Below are positions 1 to 11,543 of a stretch of DNA of 64,000 nucleotides, piece by piece (positions within the stretch are counted from its first letter, which is position 1; every line of letters begins with the position of its first letter). This DNA comes from Felis catus (Eukaryota). The stretch covers positions 104,534,001-104,598,000 of the forward strand of contig NC_058368.1 of NCBI RefSeq assembly GCF_018350175.1, in the 5' to 3' direction. The notes under the pieces are model-generated. The model was not told the DNA's origin, did no database searches, and worked only from the letters and a program-made list of their open reading frames with translations. Both the position numbers and the translations under genes were made by a program.

Positions 1-572
1 AATACCTAGACCTGCTCGGTCTTGATGTTGGAAACAGTGTCCCCGTGAGGTCATGCTCCCCTAACCCTCAGTATAGAAGAGTCTATAATCCTCTGAATCC
101 TACTCTGTGACAACATCTATCATGGAATATCTTCATATTTTGGAACTGGGAGGTGACTTTGCAGATCCCCTTGTTTTATGGATAAAGAAACTAATGTTTA
201 ACTGAAGCCTTTCACACTGCATTTTTTTGGTTCTTATATTGGTTTTCTATATTTTTTCCTTGAACAATGGCTTATTTTTATACATAATGAGACCACCGCA
301 GAATTTCCAGAATGAGAAGGCATCTCCAAGTTCAACCTCCTTTCTTCCCCACCCACCCCAAAAAAATCTCAGCAAGCTTTATACATAAATCCTCAGAGTA
401 TAGCAGATGAGATATTGCATTTTGTTTAAAGTTTAATTTAAAGATGGAGAGTGAGGAAAGGCTCAGCTTCAGACAGCAGAATTCTTTTATTATAAGAATG
501 AGGTTTGGTCTCTAAATCTAAGAAGATAAAGATTAACTTCATTTTTGAACCTGGAGAAACAGAGCTGAACTT

Positions 573-575
<3 letters not shown>

Positions 576-620
<45 letters not shown>
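576..620. repeat. (TC)n microsatellite
   Basis: Perfect TC dinucleotide run followed by a T run. Confidence 0.95.
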
Positions 621-628
<8 letters not shown>

Positions 629-920
629 CTCCAGTCTAATGTCCTAGGCTGCCTCAGCTGACTGAATTTCTATTAAGTAACAGTATCCTTCCTCCTGGCT
701 CACTGGAAGAACTATGTATTTTAAACAGTAAAGAATTAATAATCAAATCACTGAAACTCATGTCCTTCCTCCCGACTAAACTAGAAGCCATTTCCCCGAG
801 ATTTCATGATTAATATGAAAAAGTACAGGAACAAAGAAAGGAAGTTCATGTGTTTCCAGAAGTAACATTCTGGTTTCTGTGGCAATCCCACCGGCAACGG
901 AAGGGAGCAGTGTATCCCAC

Positions 921-1065
921 CTGCCTGCTCCATGACAACACAAAAAGCTGTCAACTTTGAACTCCTTGGGAATGTTAGCAAAGTAGAGAAGATGACTGTG
1001 GCTTTCTTTCTGTCGTATTTGGGCAACCTAGCCTTAAAATAACGACCATACATAGATCCTCTATC
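921..1065 (-). other. Candidate internal exon (145 nt) of the minus-strand transcript
   Basis: Minus strand: pyrimidine-rich acceptor tatctttgtttcgtcctgccttcag| at 1066, donor CAG|GTGGGA at 921/920; non-repetitive; contains gtcATGG (933) in good Kozak context. Confidence 0.4.
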
Positions 1066-1782
1066 CTGAAGGCAGGACGAAACAAAGATACTAGTGCCCT
1101 AGGTAAGCTAGCAAATTAGTATGCTTCAAAAGGACACTCTTCAGATATTTGCTCAACAGGTCTTTGGGTGAGGAGTTGAGCATGGCAGGCTGGATGGAGG
1201 GTGGAGACAGCGCTCCTGGAGCCTTTCAGCTTGCATATTCCATTGAACACAACCAAGGCCCTGCAGCCGATCAGGTCATATCTCCTTGGAAGGCAGTTTG
1301 GTGACCACATACATACCGAGATTCTCAAACATGCACTTCCCTACTCCACGCTGTTCATCAAAACGTTAGTAACTGCCGTATTTACACTGCATCTAGTAAT
1401 CTCTTGAAAGATTACTGTTTTATATTCCTTTCTCTACCTGTTGCATTCCCAATGATGCTATAGATCCAACCTCCCTTCAGGGACACTGTCTTTTCATTTC
1501 TAAAGCATGTGCTGAGTGTTTGCAGCGTGTCAGGCACTAGAAATGTAAGAGTGTCAAGATGCTTTCTTTGCCCGTAAGGACCTCACACTTTGGGCAGAAG
1601 AAAGATTTACAAACAATGCAATACTGCAGTGATGAAGCCTACAGTAGTAAAACAGTTGTTAGTTGATACTACTGGCGAAATGCTCTGAAATCCTTGGAGA
1701 TGGATACTTTCTTAAAACAAAAGATATTTTGAGTTTTGTTCTGGAAACCCCATCTTTGGTAAGGATTAGAATTGATGTTTTC

Positions 1783-2016
1783 TTTTTTTCTTTTTAATAA
1801 TTTTTTTAACATTTTTATTTATTTTTGAGAGACAGAGAGAGAACATGAGCAGGGGAGAGGCAGAGAGAGAGAGACACACACACAAAGAAGCGGAAGCAGG
1901 CTCCAGGCTCTGCACCGTCAGTACAGAGCCCAACGCGGGGCTTGAACTCACCAACTGTGAGATCACAACTTGAGCTGAAGTCGGACGCTTACCCAACTGA
2001 GCCACCCAGGCGCCCC
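1783..2016 (-). mobile_element. SINEC_Fc-type tRNA-derived SINE
   Basis: Reverse complement of ggggcgcctgggtggctcag head, (CT)n and A-tail; TSD agaatt(g/t)atgttttc at 1768 and 2018. Confidence 0.95.
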
Positions 2017-3295
2017 CAGAATTTATGTTTTCATGACTCCATTTTCTTGTAACTGGGATGTTAGGGATGTGGGATAATTATCTATGAGAAACGTAGCCCA
2101 GACATCTCATTTTGCATATTCTTTCTCAAATGATTTTGTCCCTTGAACTTGCTATGGAGATGGATGAAGGAAGCTTGCCTAGTCCCTGCTACCTGTGTGG
2201 ATCCCTGGATCCAGATGGTTTCTTCCCTTCAAAATAATTGCAAACGAGATTAAAGCTGCATGCAGGAACTATCCCAACTGGCTTTTGGCTTCCTCTGATG
2301 TACACCCCTTAAATAAAATAGTGGCAAAATTAGATTTAAAATAAGGAGCATAAAAACCTTACTATTTGTACCATGTTACCTCAAGGTCTTGCTATGGTGT
2401 GAAACCCCGAACCCTGGCATTAGAGTAACTGAATGTAGCAGCCATCTAGAGTATGCACATGTTATGAAATACAAAAACTTTACAAACAAAAAATAACTTA
2501 TTTTGAAGGCCTATCTCCACACTGCCTCTGGTACTTAAAGGTACAACAGAGCTAGGCATCTGGAATAAAATAGAAATACAGTCCAGTAAATTCCCAACTT
2601 GGAAAATCCTCATTTCTATTACTTTACCTGCCATCAATCTATCTAAATAAAACCACATAGCAACATTTTCTTCTAGTGAAGGAGACAAAAATAAAACCAA
2701 ACTGATTGTTCCCCAGCAAGCGGCTACTACTGACCACAACAAGCATGAAGAAAGGAAATCTGGGGAGTTTGCCTGTCTAAAGCACCAGCCCCACGAATCT
2801 TAATTTTCACAACAGTACCTTTCGGGTTCCAGGCAATTCTTCAGCAGAACAGAACCCAGGTTATTAGGCTATGACATTTCACACAGAAGCAGGATTTAGC
2901 CCTGCCTTATCCTGATATTACCATAATCACTCAGTATTTCCAGGGGACACCTCTTTTTCCAAGTGTTTTAAATCTCAATGTATACAGCTCCAAATAGAGA
3001 ACAAAGAGCTTCATATGCATTTTCATAAGTTATTCCTCATAAAATTACTAAATGAGAAGACTGCGGCCTGTAATAGCTACCTTAACTTGTACAGTGCCAT
3101 GCACACTGACACATGGTTCCAGTATGTCTCTTAACCAGTAACTGTTTAACCAACGCAATGTATTACAAGAGCCCTGCTTATGGTGGGAAATGTGCTAGAA
3201 AGTGTTGGGGGCTTAACGGGTCCTAGACACTATCCCTGTTAAGGAGGAGCTTATAGCTTGTGGTCAAGCTGGGCCACACTGTATATATATATATT

Positions 3296-3522
3296 TTTAT
3301 CTTATTTTATTAAAATTTTTTTTAATGTTTATTTTTTTGGGAGACAGAGAGAGTGCAAGCAAGGGAGGGGCAGAGACAGAGAGGGAGACACAGAATCTGA
3401 AGTAGGCTCCAAGCTCTGAGCTGTCAGCACAGAGCCTGACGTGGGGCTTAAACCCACGAAGCAGGGGATCATGACCTGAGCCGAAGCTGGATGCTTAACT
3501 GACTAAGCCACGCAGGTGGCCC
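3296..3522 (-). mobile_element. SINEC_Fc-type SINE
   Basis: Typical body ...cacagaatctgaagtaggctcc...ctaagccacgcaggtggccc. Confidence 0.93.
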
Positions 3523-3683
3523 TGTGTATGTATGTGTGTGTGTATATGTATATATATATATATATATACATATATATACATATATATATACATATATATA
3601 TATATACATATATATATACATATATATACATATATATACATATATATATACATATATATACATATATATATGTATATATATAT
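3523..3683. repeat. (TA)n/(TATATATACA)n compound microsatellite
   Basis: Directly visible; explains the YIYI ORFs in the ORF track. Confidence 0.95.
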
Positions 3684-3852
3684 GCTCTACAATATAAAGT
3701 ACTGTATGAAATACTTTATAATAAGAAACAAGAATAAAGATCATCCAGGAAAAACCTTGTTAAAGACAGCATTAGAAACAGGCACTTTCCTATTCATGTT
3801 TGTAATTTCACTGGCACTTCTTTACCTCTGGATCTATTAAAAAACTGTATGA

Positions 3853-4050
3853 GGGGTGCCTGTGTGGCTCAGTCCCTTGAGAATGGGACTCTTGATTTTG
3901 GCTCAAGTCATGATCTCACAGTTGTGAGATTGAGCTCTCCGCTCTCCCACTCCCACTCCCAGGTCATGGAGCCTGCTTAGGATTCTCTCCTCCCTTTCTC
4001 CCACTCCCAGTCTCTCTCAAAAACGAACAAACAACAAACAAAACAAAAAA
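3853..4050 (+). mobile_element. Older SINEC (carnivore SINE)
   Basis: ggggtgcctgtgtggctcagtc...gactcttgattttggctcaagtcatgatctc...ggagcctgcttaggattctctc, A-rich tail. Confidence 0.85.
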
Positions 4051-4469
4051 ACCCCCTGCATCTTGTGGTATTCATCAGGGGTGACCAACAAGGCTAAGTA
4101 TTTGTTGAGAACTGTACAATTTCTGATTTAGTCTCACATTGTTCCCCACCCAGGGGACGGCTTTTGCCGGTAAAGCAGAGAGGAGGTCCAGAAAGCCCCG
4201 GGACTCACAACGTTGCCTACGGCACCTTTCAACCTTTTCACCCTCAATTAAAGGCCAACATGGCTGCTCAAAAATATTTATTTAAAAAGGCAGTCATGTC
4301 TGCGGGCTGCCAATTGAGATTATATTGCCACTTCACTGAATTGATTTAAACCCAGGACTGGGCATCTGTGAAAAACTGGAAAGAGAGTAAAGCTGAGATG
4401 TTTTCTGCTTTTTCTTTAAAAAACGCCTTTTCCCGCTCGTTACTTTGTTCACTTCCCAGAGCGCCACCG

Positions 4470-4479
4470 CACGCGCACT

Positions 4480-4510
<31 letters not shown>

Positions 4511-4526
4511 GCACGCACGCGCGCGC
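4470..4526. repeat. (CA)n-(CGCA)n-(CG)n alternating purine-pyrimidine tract
   Basis: Directly visible at the left edge of the CpG island. Confidence 0.9.
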
Positions 4527-4722
4527 CAATAATTCCCCCTCTCCCGCCCGCTGAAGTTCATGGATTAATGGCTCCCGGTTTAATTAAGTCCCCCCTAACA
4601 ACAATCGAAATCTGCAGCGCATGGCACAGCCAATGGCTCGCGTGCCCCGCCTCCCGCCCGCGTGCGGGTTGTGGGCGGGGATGTGAGTGCCCACCTGCTG
4701 CCGCCTGGCCATCCGCACCCAC

Positions 4723-4800
4723 CTGAGCCGCCCGCCGACTTCGCCGCTTCCGCTTCGCGCCCGGCACTTCCGCCCGAGCCGGCCTGGTGCCCGCCCCCTG
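4723..4800 (-). other. Candidate non-coding first exon, minus strand (5' end uncertain)
   Basis: Reads GCGGAAGCGGCGAAGTCGGCGGGCGGCTCAG|GTGGGT; alternative donor CAG|GTGGGC at 4695/4694. Confidence 0.45.
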
Positions 4801-4809
4801 TCCCGCACT

Positions 4810-4898
4810 TCCGCCCCGGCCTGGTGCTGCTCGGATTTCCTTGTGGGACCTCGTGTCTGTCTTCTGAGGGTGGCGACCGCGCCTGGGCTGTTGCGCGG
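4810..4898 (+). other. Candidate first exon of a divergent plus-strand transcript (5' end uncertain)
   Basis: Donor GCGG|GTAAGG at the right edge of the CpG island; no downstream coding exons recognised, so probably lncRNA or a long 5' UTR intron. Confidence 0.4.
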
Positions 4899-5039
4899 GT
4901 AAGGAGACAGGCAAAAACCAAGGCCAAAGTGAAAAAGAAAACAAAATAAGCCCTTGGAAAAGTGACTCAGCCTGTTCGGGAACCATTTCATAACGAGCCA
5001 ACTTTTTGTAAGGCTATTTTAACTCATTTCTGCGTTTGT

Positions 5040-5720
5040 TCACTCATTCATTTAACGCTTACTGCCTTCTTCCCCTGGGTTCTGGCTGAGCTAGGTTATG
5101 GGGAACAAGATGATGAATGAAAGTGGCAGCTGTACCCTTCTCAGATGTAAAGTTATGTAAACAAATCAGACATAAGGACATTATCCTTTAAATAGGCCAT
5201 GCCTTCAGTGAGCTAAATGCATTGAAAGGGAAGGAATGTGTACCTATGAAATGATGGAAGTGACCACTTGAAGAAGTAGATTTTAGGCTGGGATGTGAAG
5301 CACCAGGTTGGGCAGGGACAGAGCTCTCCAGGCCTGGGGAAGGGGGCACTGGAGGGAGCCTGGCACGGACAGTGCCCAGAAGACTGACTAGTATGGCTGA
5401 GGCATAGAGGGAGAGGGGAAGAGACGTGAAAACCGTCTGCATAGGATAGGCAGGAGCCAGGCCATGCCTAGGGCCTTTCTTTTAGTTTTGTGTTAAGGAC
5501 AGCTGGAGGAATTTTTGTTTTACTCTGTTTTTGTTTGTGTGTGGGAAGGGGCTTGAATTGATTGCCTTTCCATACTGAAAGTCTCACTCATCTTTGGGAA
5601 GGAGATGAGAAGGGGCTGGGGTAGGTGAGAGCAGAGCACAAGCTGGAAAGGCAGGAGGCCCCTATGTAGTCCAGGAGTGAGGACCCCGGACTTGAATGGT
5701 GGTACTCGAAATAGTGAGAA
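5040..5720 (-). mobile_element. L2 LINE relic (3' region)
   Basis: Starts with the ttcactcattcatttaac L2 tail, followed by degenerate purine-rich L2 body. Confidence 0.65.
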
Positions 5721-7019
5721 AATAAAATAAGACTAGTGCTCAAAGCCAACATTGATTGCTCACATCAGCTTTGCACTCATTAACTTGTTTAATCTTGAGA
5801 ACCATCCTTTTAAGCCTTCTTGCTACAATTTTGCAGATGAAAAAACAATAACTTGTCCTAATTCTCAGAGCTAGAAAATGGTCAAGATGGGATTCCATCT
5901 CATCCTGTCTGATGCCAGTAACCATGAGCTTATCACTATACACTCAGTATGAATTTAGTGATTTAAAAAAAAAGATAGAAAAAAAAATAAGGTCAGGAAT
6001 GCATCCCCTAAACAAACCACTCTAATGATGTGATATTGTTGGAGGACACATCTAGAAAGTAGAGTTCCCAAATTTTTACTGTATCATTCTAGCATTTGCT
6101 GACAGAAAAGAGGGCAATTTGTGACTGTCAATAGACTGCCTATGATTATTTTTGAGTTGATACACTGATAAGACCTAATGCCTTTCTGGGGGAAGAAAAA
6201 AAGTCAGTCTACAAAGTACACTCCACTGCACAGTTGCTGATACATTATTTTTAAAGAAGTTATCTTGAGTCTAGTTATAAACACCTTGGTGGAACATGCA
6301 TGACTCACATTTTGTGGAGTGATAGAAAAGCTTCCTGGGAGTACAACTCCAAATCAGCTTCCACATCTCATTTCTTATTGGAAAACAAAATAAATTTGAT
6401 TTATGAAAGCTGGTTTCACCCACTGCAGGAAAAGTATGACTTTGCCAAAGGCCAATAGTGAAGTCTTTTAGTATTTGTGGTGGGTAAGTTTCGGTAAGGA
6501 GTCAAAAATTCACAAAAATCATCAGAATTTGAATTTGATAAGAATTTCTTGGGTTGTTCAGGCACAAGGTATGGTACCTCCTCATGATTGTTTTGGTTGA
6601 AGGTGCAAGTTCCATGAAATGGCTAAGAACTCACTGTACTCCAGGCCCAGTCTTTTCAGGAGTGCTTGACTGAATGCCACAAACCCAGAGGACAAGCTTT
6701 GCCTCTAGACACAGGGAAAACAGTGCTCAGCATTTGAGCTGTGCCTGGGAAAATGTCTGGAGTCTGAGTGGGAGAAGTTACAGTCTCCTAAATTAGAAAT
6801 TAAAACTGTCAGAGCAAAATGAAACAACATTTATTAAATGGTCACAAAATATAATACTGTGTCAGCTTCATTAATTGCTGGATTTGTTGTTCATAACAAT
6901 TTCACTACATTGGAAAATAGTTTGTAGATGAGATGCTCTTAACTGAAAATTCCTGGATATACATGATGAGTGTTGAGAAATCACAGTGTATTTTTTTTAT
7001 GTAAAACAATTTTTCAAAA

Positions 7020-7222
7020 TTTTTATTTTTGAGAGAGAGAGAGAGAGAGAGAGCATGAGCAGGGGAGGGGCAGAGTGAGAGAGGGAGTCACAGAATCTGA
7101 AACAGGCTCCAGGCTCTGAGCTGTCAGCCCAGAGCCTGACACAGGGCTCAAACTCACGAACCGTGAGATCATGACCTGAGCTGAAGTCAGACGCTTAACT
7201 GACTGAGCCACCCAGGTGCCCT
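7020..7222 (-). mobile_element. SINEC_Fc-type SINE
   Basis: Canonical body; TSD gaaatcacag on both sides. Confidence 0.95.
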
Positions 7223-8782
7223 GAAATCACAGCATGTTTTAAATTAATTACTTTAGCCAAATAATTTCAAAAGCAAAATTATAAAGTTCTTCATAGCAAA
7301 ATAATTAAATGTGGGATGTGTACACATTTTAACATATCTGAAGTGATGTACAAGTAAGAGCGGTTAGAGAATATGAAGGTCTTAGTATAGCAATAGGTCT
7401 TATACAGTTATGTTTGCTCCAAACATGCTTGTCAGGGGCGCCTGACCTATCTCTTGTCCTCCATCCAGGTCTGGGCTTCAGTTCCAAACTATACCCTGGG
7501 AATCTTGATAGGACTGGTGTCAGGATCTCTCACATGGGCTGAGTTCTTCTGTTGGATCTCAAGGCTCTTCCAGCTCTATGTTCACTCCTGAGACTAAAGG
7601 CTGCTCTGGAGAAAGCCTGCTGGTATAGTCTGGTCTGTACCTCCTGAGATAGCTTGAAGGGTGTCTTAAAGGACACATCACCCTTTCTTCTTCCAGAGAT
7701 GACCTGGAACCAGGCTTCCCCCAAGGCCTCCTGAGGGCTGGGTGTGTGGTGTGAAGGGAGGTATCTTCACTCCCAGCTCCTTGGCTTTGCCTTTGGGAGA
7801 ACAGGAGTAAAGGAAAGGCTTTTGATGTCACTGCTTTCCCTTGAGAATACCTTAAAACAATAATATGTGTCCTGACAGGTAGTGACTAGCGTGCCAACTC
7901 TATTTTACAGTAATCTGTCTCCATACTGCTACTCAAAAAACATGCGATCTGAACTTTGACTAGGAGGGACAGTCTCCAGTAATAGCCACAGTTGGGTGAT
8001 GTTGACATAATCGTGATGGTGGAAGGATTTAGAAACCTGGTAGGTTTTCTCCCGTGGCCTTTCTCGGGTCTTTACAGTGAGCTTATTTATTTATCTCACG
8101 AGTGTCTCATCCCCAGCCCTGCAAACTCTGCAGGAAATGATCTGGAAGGGCCAGATATTGTGTTATGTTTAAGGTCATGGAGAAAAACAGTGGCAACCTC
8201 CCAAAGAAAAGACAGGCTTCTGAGTCTGGATGTGTTGGGTCAGCAGGGTCACTGTTGAACCCCCCCCAGGCCAACCGTTACAGGAAACAGAATTATAAGC
8301 CTGTCTTACTAGGAGGGAATGGACCTCAGAAGCCTGATTTCTATATTCCCCTTGACATTTAAAAAAACTCTGCTCTTGTGCCAGAGGAGAGTGAAGAAAA
8401 TTTTAAAAGGAGAAAAATGTTTGTTTTAAGGCTTGCTCAGTAATCCACTTATGCTGTTTACATTAAAGAACCTTTCATGTAAACATCATTAATTATGTAG
8501 TATAAGAGCCAAATAAAAATGCTAAAAAATAAAAGTAATTGTGGGATAAATTAGTATAGCTTGAGTGCACATATATTATGCAGACACTCTAGACTTTTAC
8601 ATTTCATTGAGGGAGGTGGATTTGTGATTTTCTATGTTTGAGCTGCTAGGATGGAACCAACAGAAGTGACATTTTACAGATGGATACCAAAGCTGTTAAA
8701 GTTTAAACTCATACTGGCAATGAGACTGTGCTTTTTAACAGAGTCCTTGACTTATGCCTCCTCTCTAAATCTGTCTAGAAAA

Positions 8783-8992
8783 GGGGCGCCTGGGTGGCTC
8801 AGTCGATTAAGTGTCCGACTTGGGCTCAGGTCATGATCTCGTGGTTCGTGAGTTCGAGCCCTGCATCAGGCTCTGTGCTGACAGCCCGGAACCCGGAGCC
8901 TGGAGCCTGCTTCGGATTCTGTGTCTCCCTCTCTCTCTGCCCCTCCCCCGTTCATGTTCTGTCTCTCTCTGTCTCAAAAATAAGTAAATGTT
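8783..8992 (+). mobile_element. SINEC_Fc-type SINE
   Basis: ggggcgcctgggtggctcagtc head; TSD aa(a/g)tctgtctagaaaa at 8767 and 8993. Confidence 0.96.
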
Positions 8993-9220
8993 AAGTCTGT
9001 CTAGAAAAGATTCTGGGCAGAGATGTGGATTGAGTATCCCATGGATTTCCCCAGAAGGTTTTTTGGAGCAGGACCATGATTATCTTCTCCAAAATCAGTA
9101 GCCTCCGTTGTACAGTCAAGTGCAATAACAGAAGACTGCTTGTGTCTGTGTTAAAGGAAGTGAATTGTGTGAAGAAGGGCAGGGACAGAAGCTGTTGAGG
9201 AAATGTGGCACAGAGACCGT

Positions 9221-9294
9221 GGAGTAGCGATGACACTATGCATTTGTATCACCTTTTGGAGTAGCGATGACACTATGCATTTGTATCACCTTTT
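9221..9294. repeat. Perfect 37-bp tandem duplication
   Basis: ggagtagcgatgacactatgcatttgtatcacctttt x2 (9221-9257, 9258-9294). Confidence 0.97.
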
Positions 9295-10341
9295 ATAGTA
9301 TTTCAGAAGTCTTCATGTACGTTATGAAAATTAATCCTTTACAATAATTTTGTAAACTAGGTAGGGTATGTATATTTTTACCAACCTCATTTGACAGACA
9401 AGGGAATTGAAGTTTAGGGAGGGAAGTCACAATGAAACAGGGATTGGAAAGCACTGCATAAGTTCTATCGTTTTTTCCTACTACCACATTCATATTACTT
9501 TTTAAACATAAATGAAAAAAACCATGTGTAGTTCATAGCAATATTTTGTGCTATGTGGGATCTTTTAAGAACATGTGAGTGTATTTACATCATTTCCTCA
9601 GGGAAAGTTTTGTTTTACCTAGAAAAGCAGGAAATGGAGTTGAAATGGGAAAAGTTTTTTCATTTTTATGGATTAAACCCATCTGTTATTTTCACTAAGC
9701 CTCCTATCATGGAGGACGATAGATTTCTCACAACATAAAGAGATGAGAAAAGAGGAAAATGTGTTTCCTTTGTTCTCTGGTTCAGGTTCATACCCATCCA
9801 TGGAGTCCTGTTCAGATAAAACAGGGCAGTCAGTTTACCCATCAGAAAGAAAAGACACTGCTGTCCTCAGATATGCCCCAACATTCTGGACAGTCTTGCA
9901 CAGAATTAAAGTTAACACTTACCGCTCTGAGGAATTCTGAGGGATAATTTTTTTTTTTTTCACTGCTTCGGGCATCTTTCAATACTATGCTTGAATATTT
10001 CGCTATATTATCTGTTACATCTGCACAAGACAAAATTAAGCAAAATTATCTTTCACTTACTTATTCAGAATAGTGCTTACTGAGTATGTACTTTGTGGCA
10101 GTAGGAGTTCAACTCTGGGGTTGAATCTAACAGACACGCTTCTTGTTGTAATGGAACTCACCATCAAGGGGGGGGAGATGAATATGAATCACATGATCAC
10201 AACAGTAAATACATACTGTAAGAGGCCTCTGCTCTGGTGAGAACAAGACTAGTAGATGATTAGGTAATTGGAAAATGCAGTTAAAGTGGGAAATCATTAA
10301 ATATGTGTGTGTGTGTGTGTGTGTGTGTGTACGTACATATA

Positions 10342-10892
10342 CATTTAACCCTTGAATAACAAGGGGGCCAGGGGCACCCACACCTCATAAATCCATGTAT
10401 AACTTTTTGACTCCCCCCAAACTTAACTAATTTATGACCTACTGTTGATTGGAAGCCTTGTTGATAACATAAAAATGGACGGACACATACTTTGTATGTT
10501 ATATGTATTATATACTGTATTCTTACAACGAAGCAATCTAGAGGAAAGAAAATGTTATTAAGAAAATCACAAGGGGCGGGCACCTGGGTGGCTCATTTGG
10601 TTAACGGTACCATTTCGGCTCAGGTCATGATCTCCCGGTCGGTGAGTTGGAGCCCCACAGTGGGCTCTCTGTTGTCAGCGTGGAGCCTGCTTCAGATCCT
10701 CTTGCTTTCACTCCCTGCCCCTCACCCGCTTGTACTTTATCTCTCTCAAAAATAAATGAACATTAAAAAAAAAAAAAAGGAAATCACAAGGAAGAGAGAA
10801 TACATTTACAGTACTTCACTGTGTTGAAAAAAAATCTGTGTATAAGTGGACCCACCCAGTTCAAACCCGTGCTGTTCAAGAAGGGTCAGATG
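10342..10892. mobile_element. Tigger2a-like non-autonomous TcMar-Tigger DNA transposon, interrupted by a SINE
   Basis: Degenerate TIRs catttaacccttgaataac / gctgttcaag(aag)ggtcagatg; internal tataacttt...gactccccc and tataagtggaccc...ttcaaacccgtg match recalled Tigger2; flanked by TG/TA microsatellites. Confidence 0.85.
10577..10778 (+). mobile_element. SINEC inserted in the Tigger element
   Basis: SINE body with poly(A); TSD aaatcacaagg on both sides. Confidence 0.93.
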
Positions 10893-11339
10893 TGTATTTA
10901 TATACACATACACATAAGTATATGTATACATTCATATATATATATATACATATATACATTTATATATGTGTGTGTATACATATATGTGTGTATACACATT
11001 GTAAATGTTGTGTATATATGTATATATATGTGTGTGTGTATATATATATATATGTAAAACTTTTATTTTTTACTTAAAATACATAAAAGAACATTTATTT
11101 GCCAAATCTGATAGGGTCACCCTTCTTGCATACAGCATACTCAAATGCATATCATCTACAATTTTCAGTTTCAGATACTTTAATATAGAGGGAGAACTTA
11201 AAGACACTTGCAAAATAATTTGAGTTCATTTAAATTTTTATTATTTTTTTCCTCTGGTCCTTTACACTTGTCTTACCTGTCGCTAATCTAAGAGCAATTT
11301 CCTCCCAGCTTTTTCAAGTCTTTTCAAAGCATTTAACAT

Positions 11340-11543
11340 TTTTTTTTAGTTTATTTATTTATTTTTGAGAGAGAGCACAAGCAGAAGGGGGGGGGAGAGA
11401 AAGAGGGAGACAGAATCTGAAGCAGGCTTCAGGCTCAGAGCTGTCAGTGTAGAGCCTGATGTGGGGCTTGAACCCATAAACTCTGAGATCATGACGTGAG
11501 CCAAAGTTGGATGCTTAACCGACTGAGCCACGCAGGCACCCCG
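11340..11543 (-). mobile_element. SINEC_Fc-type SINE
   Basis: Canonical body ending gactgagccacgcaggcacccc. Confidence 0.93.

Larger units (their letters stand above)
4420..4910. promoter_or_regulatory. CpG island, probable bidirectional promoter
   Basis: Dense CpG/GC; CCAAT at 4526 and 4630; several GGGCGG/CCGCCC boxes; ETS-type CACTTCCG at 4765 and 4806; donors on both strands (+ CGG|GTAAGG at 4898/4899; - CAG|GTGGGT at 4723/4722). Confidence 0.85.

Noticed and set aside
3469..3840. ORFs rich in YI/IY repeats (also 10821-11223)
   Set aside because: Translations of (TA)n microsatellites, which lack stop codons by composition
1..4900. Naming the minus-strand gene (SMIM15 considered from layout)
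   Set aside because: No SMIM15-like ORF is present and no coding exon could be recognised; gene left unnamed
4558..5001. Overlapping 95-147 aa ORFs on both strands in the CpG island
   Set aside because: Expected in GC-rich DNA depleted of stop codons; Arg/Gly/Ala/Pro low-complexity, no recognisable domain
7023..7211. Recurrent MAQSVKRLTSAQVMIS...-type ORFs across the window
   Set aside because: SINEC_Fc translation artefacts
9221..9294. 37-bp direct repeat as a CRISPR-like array
   Set aside because: Only two abutting copies, no spacer, eukaryotic context
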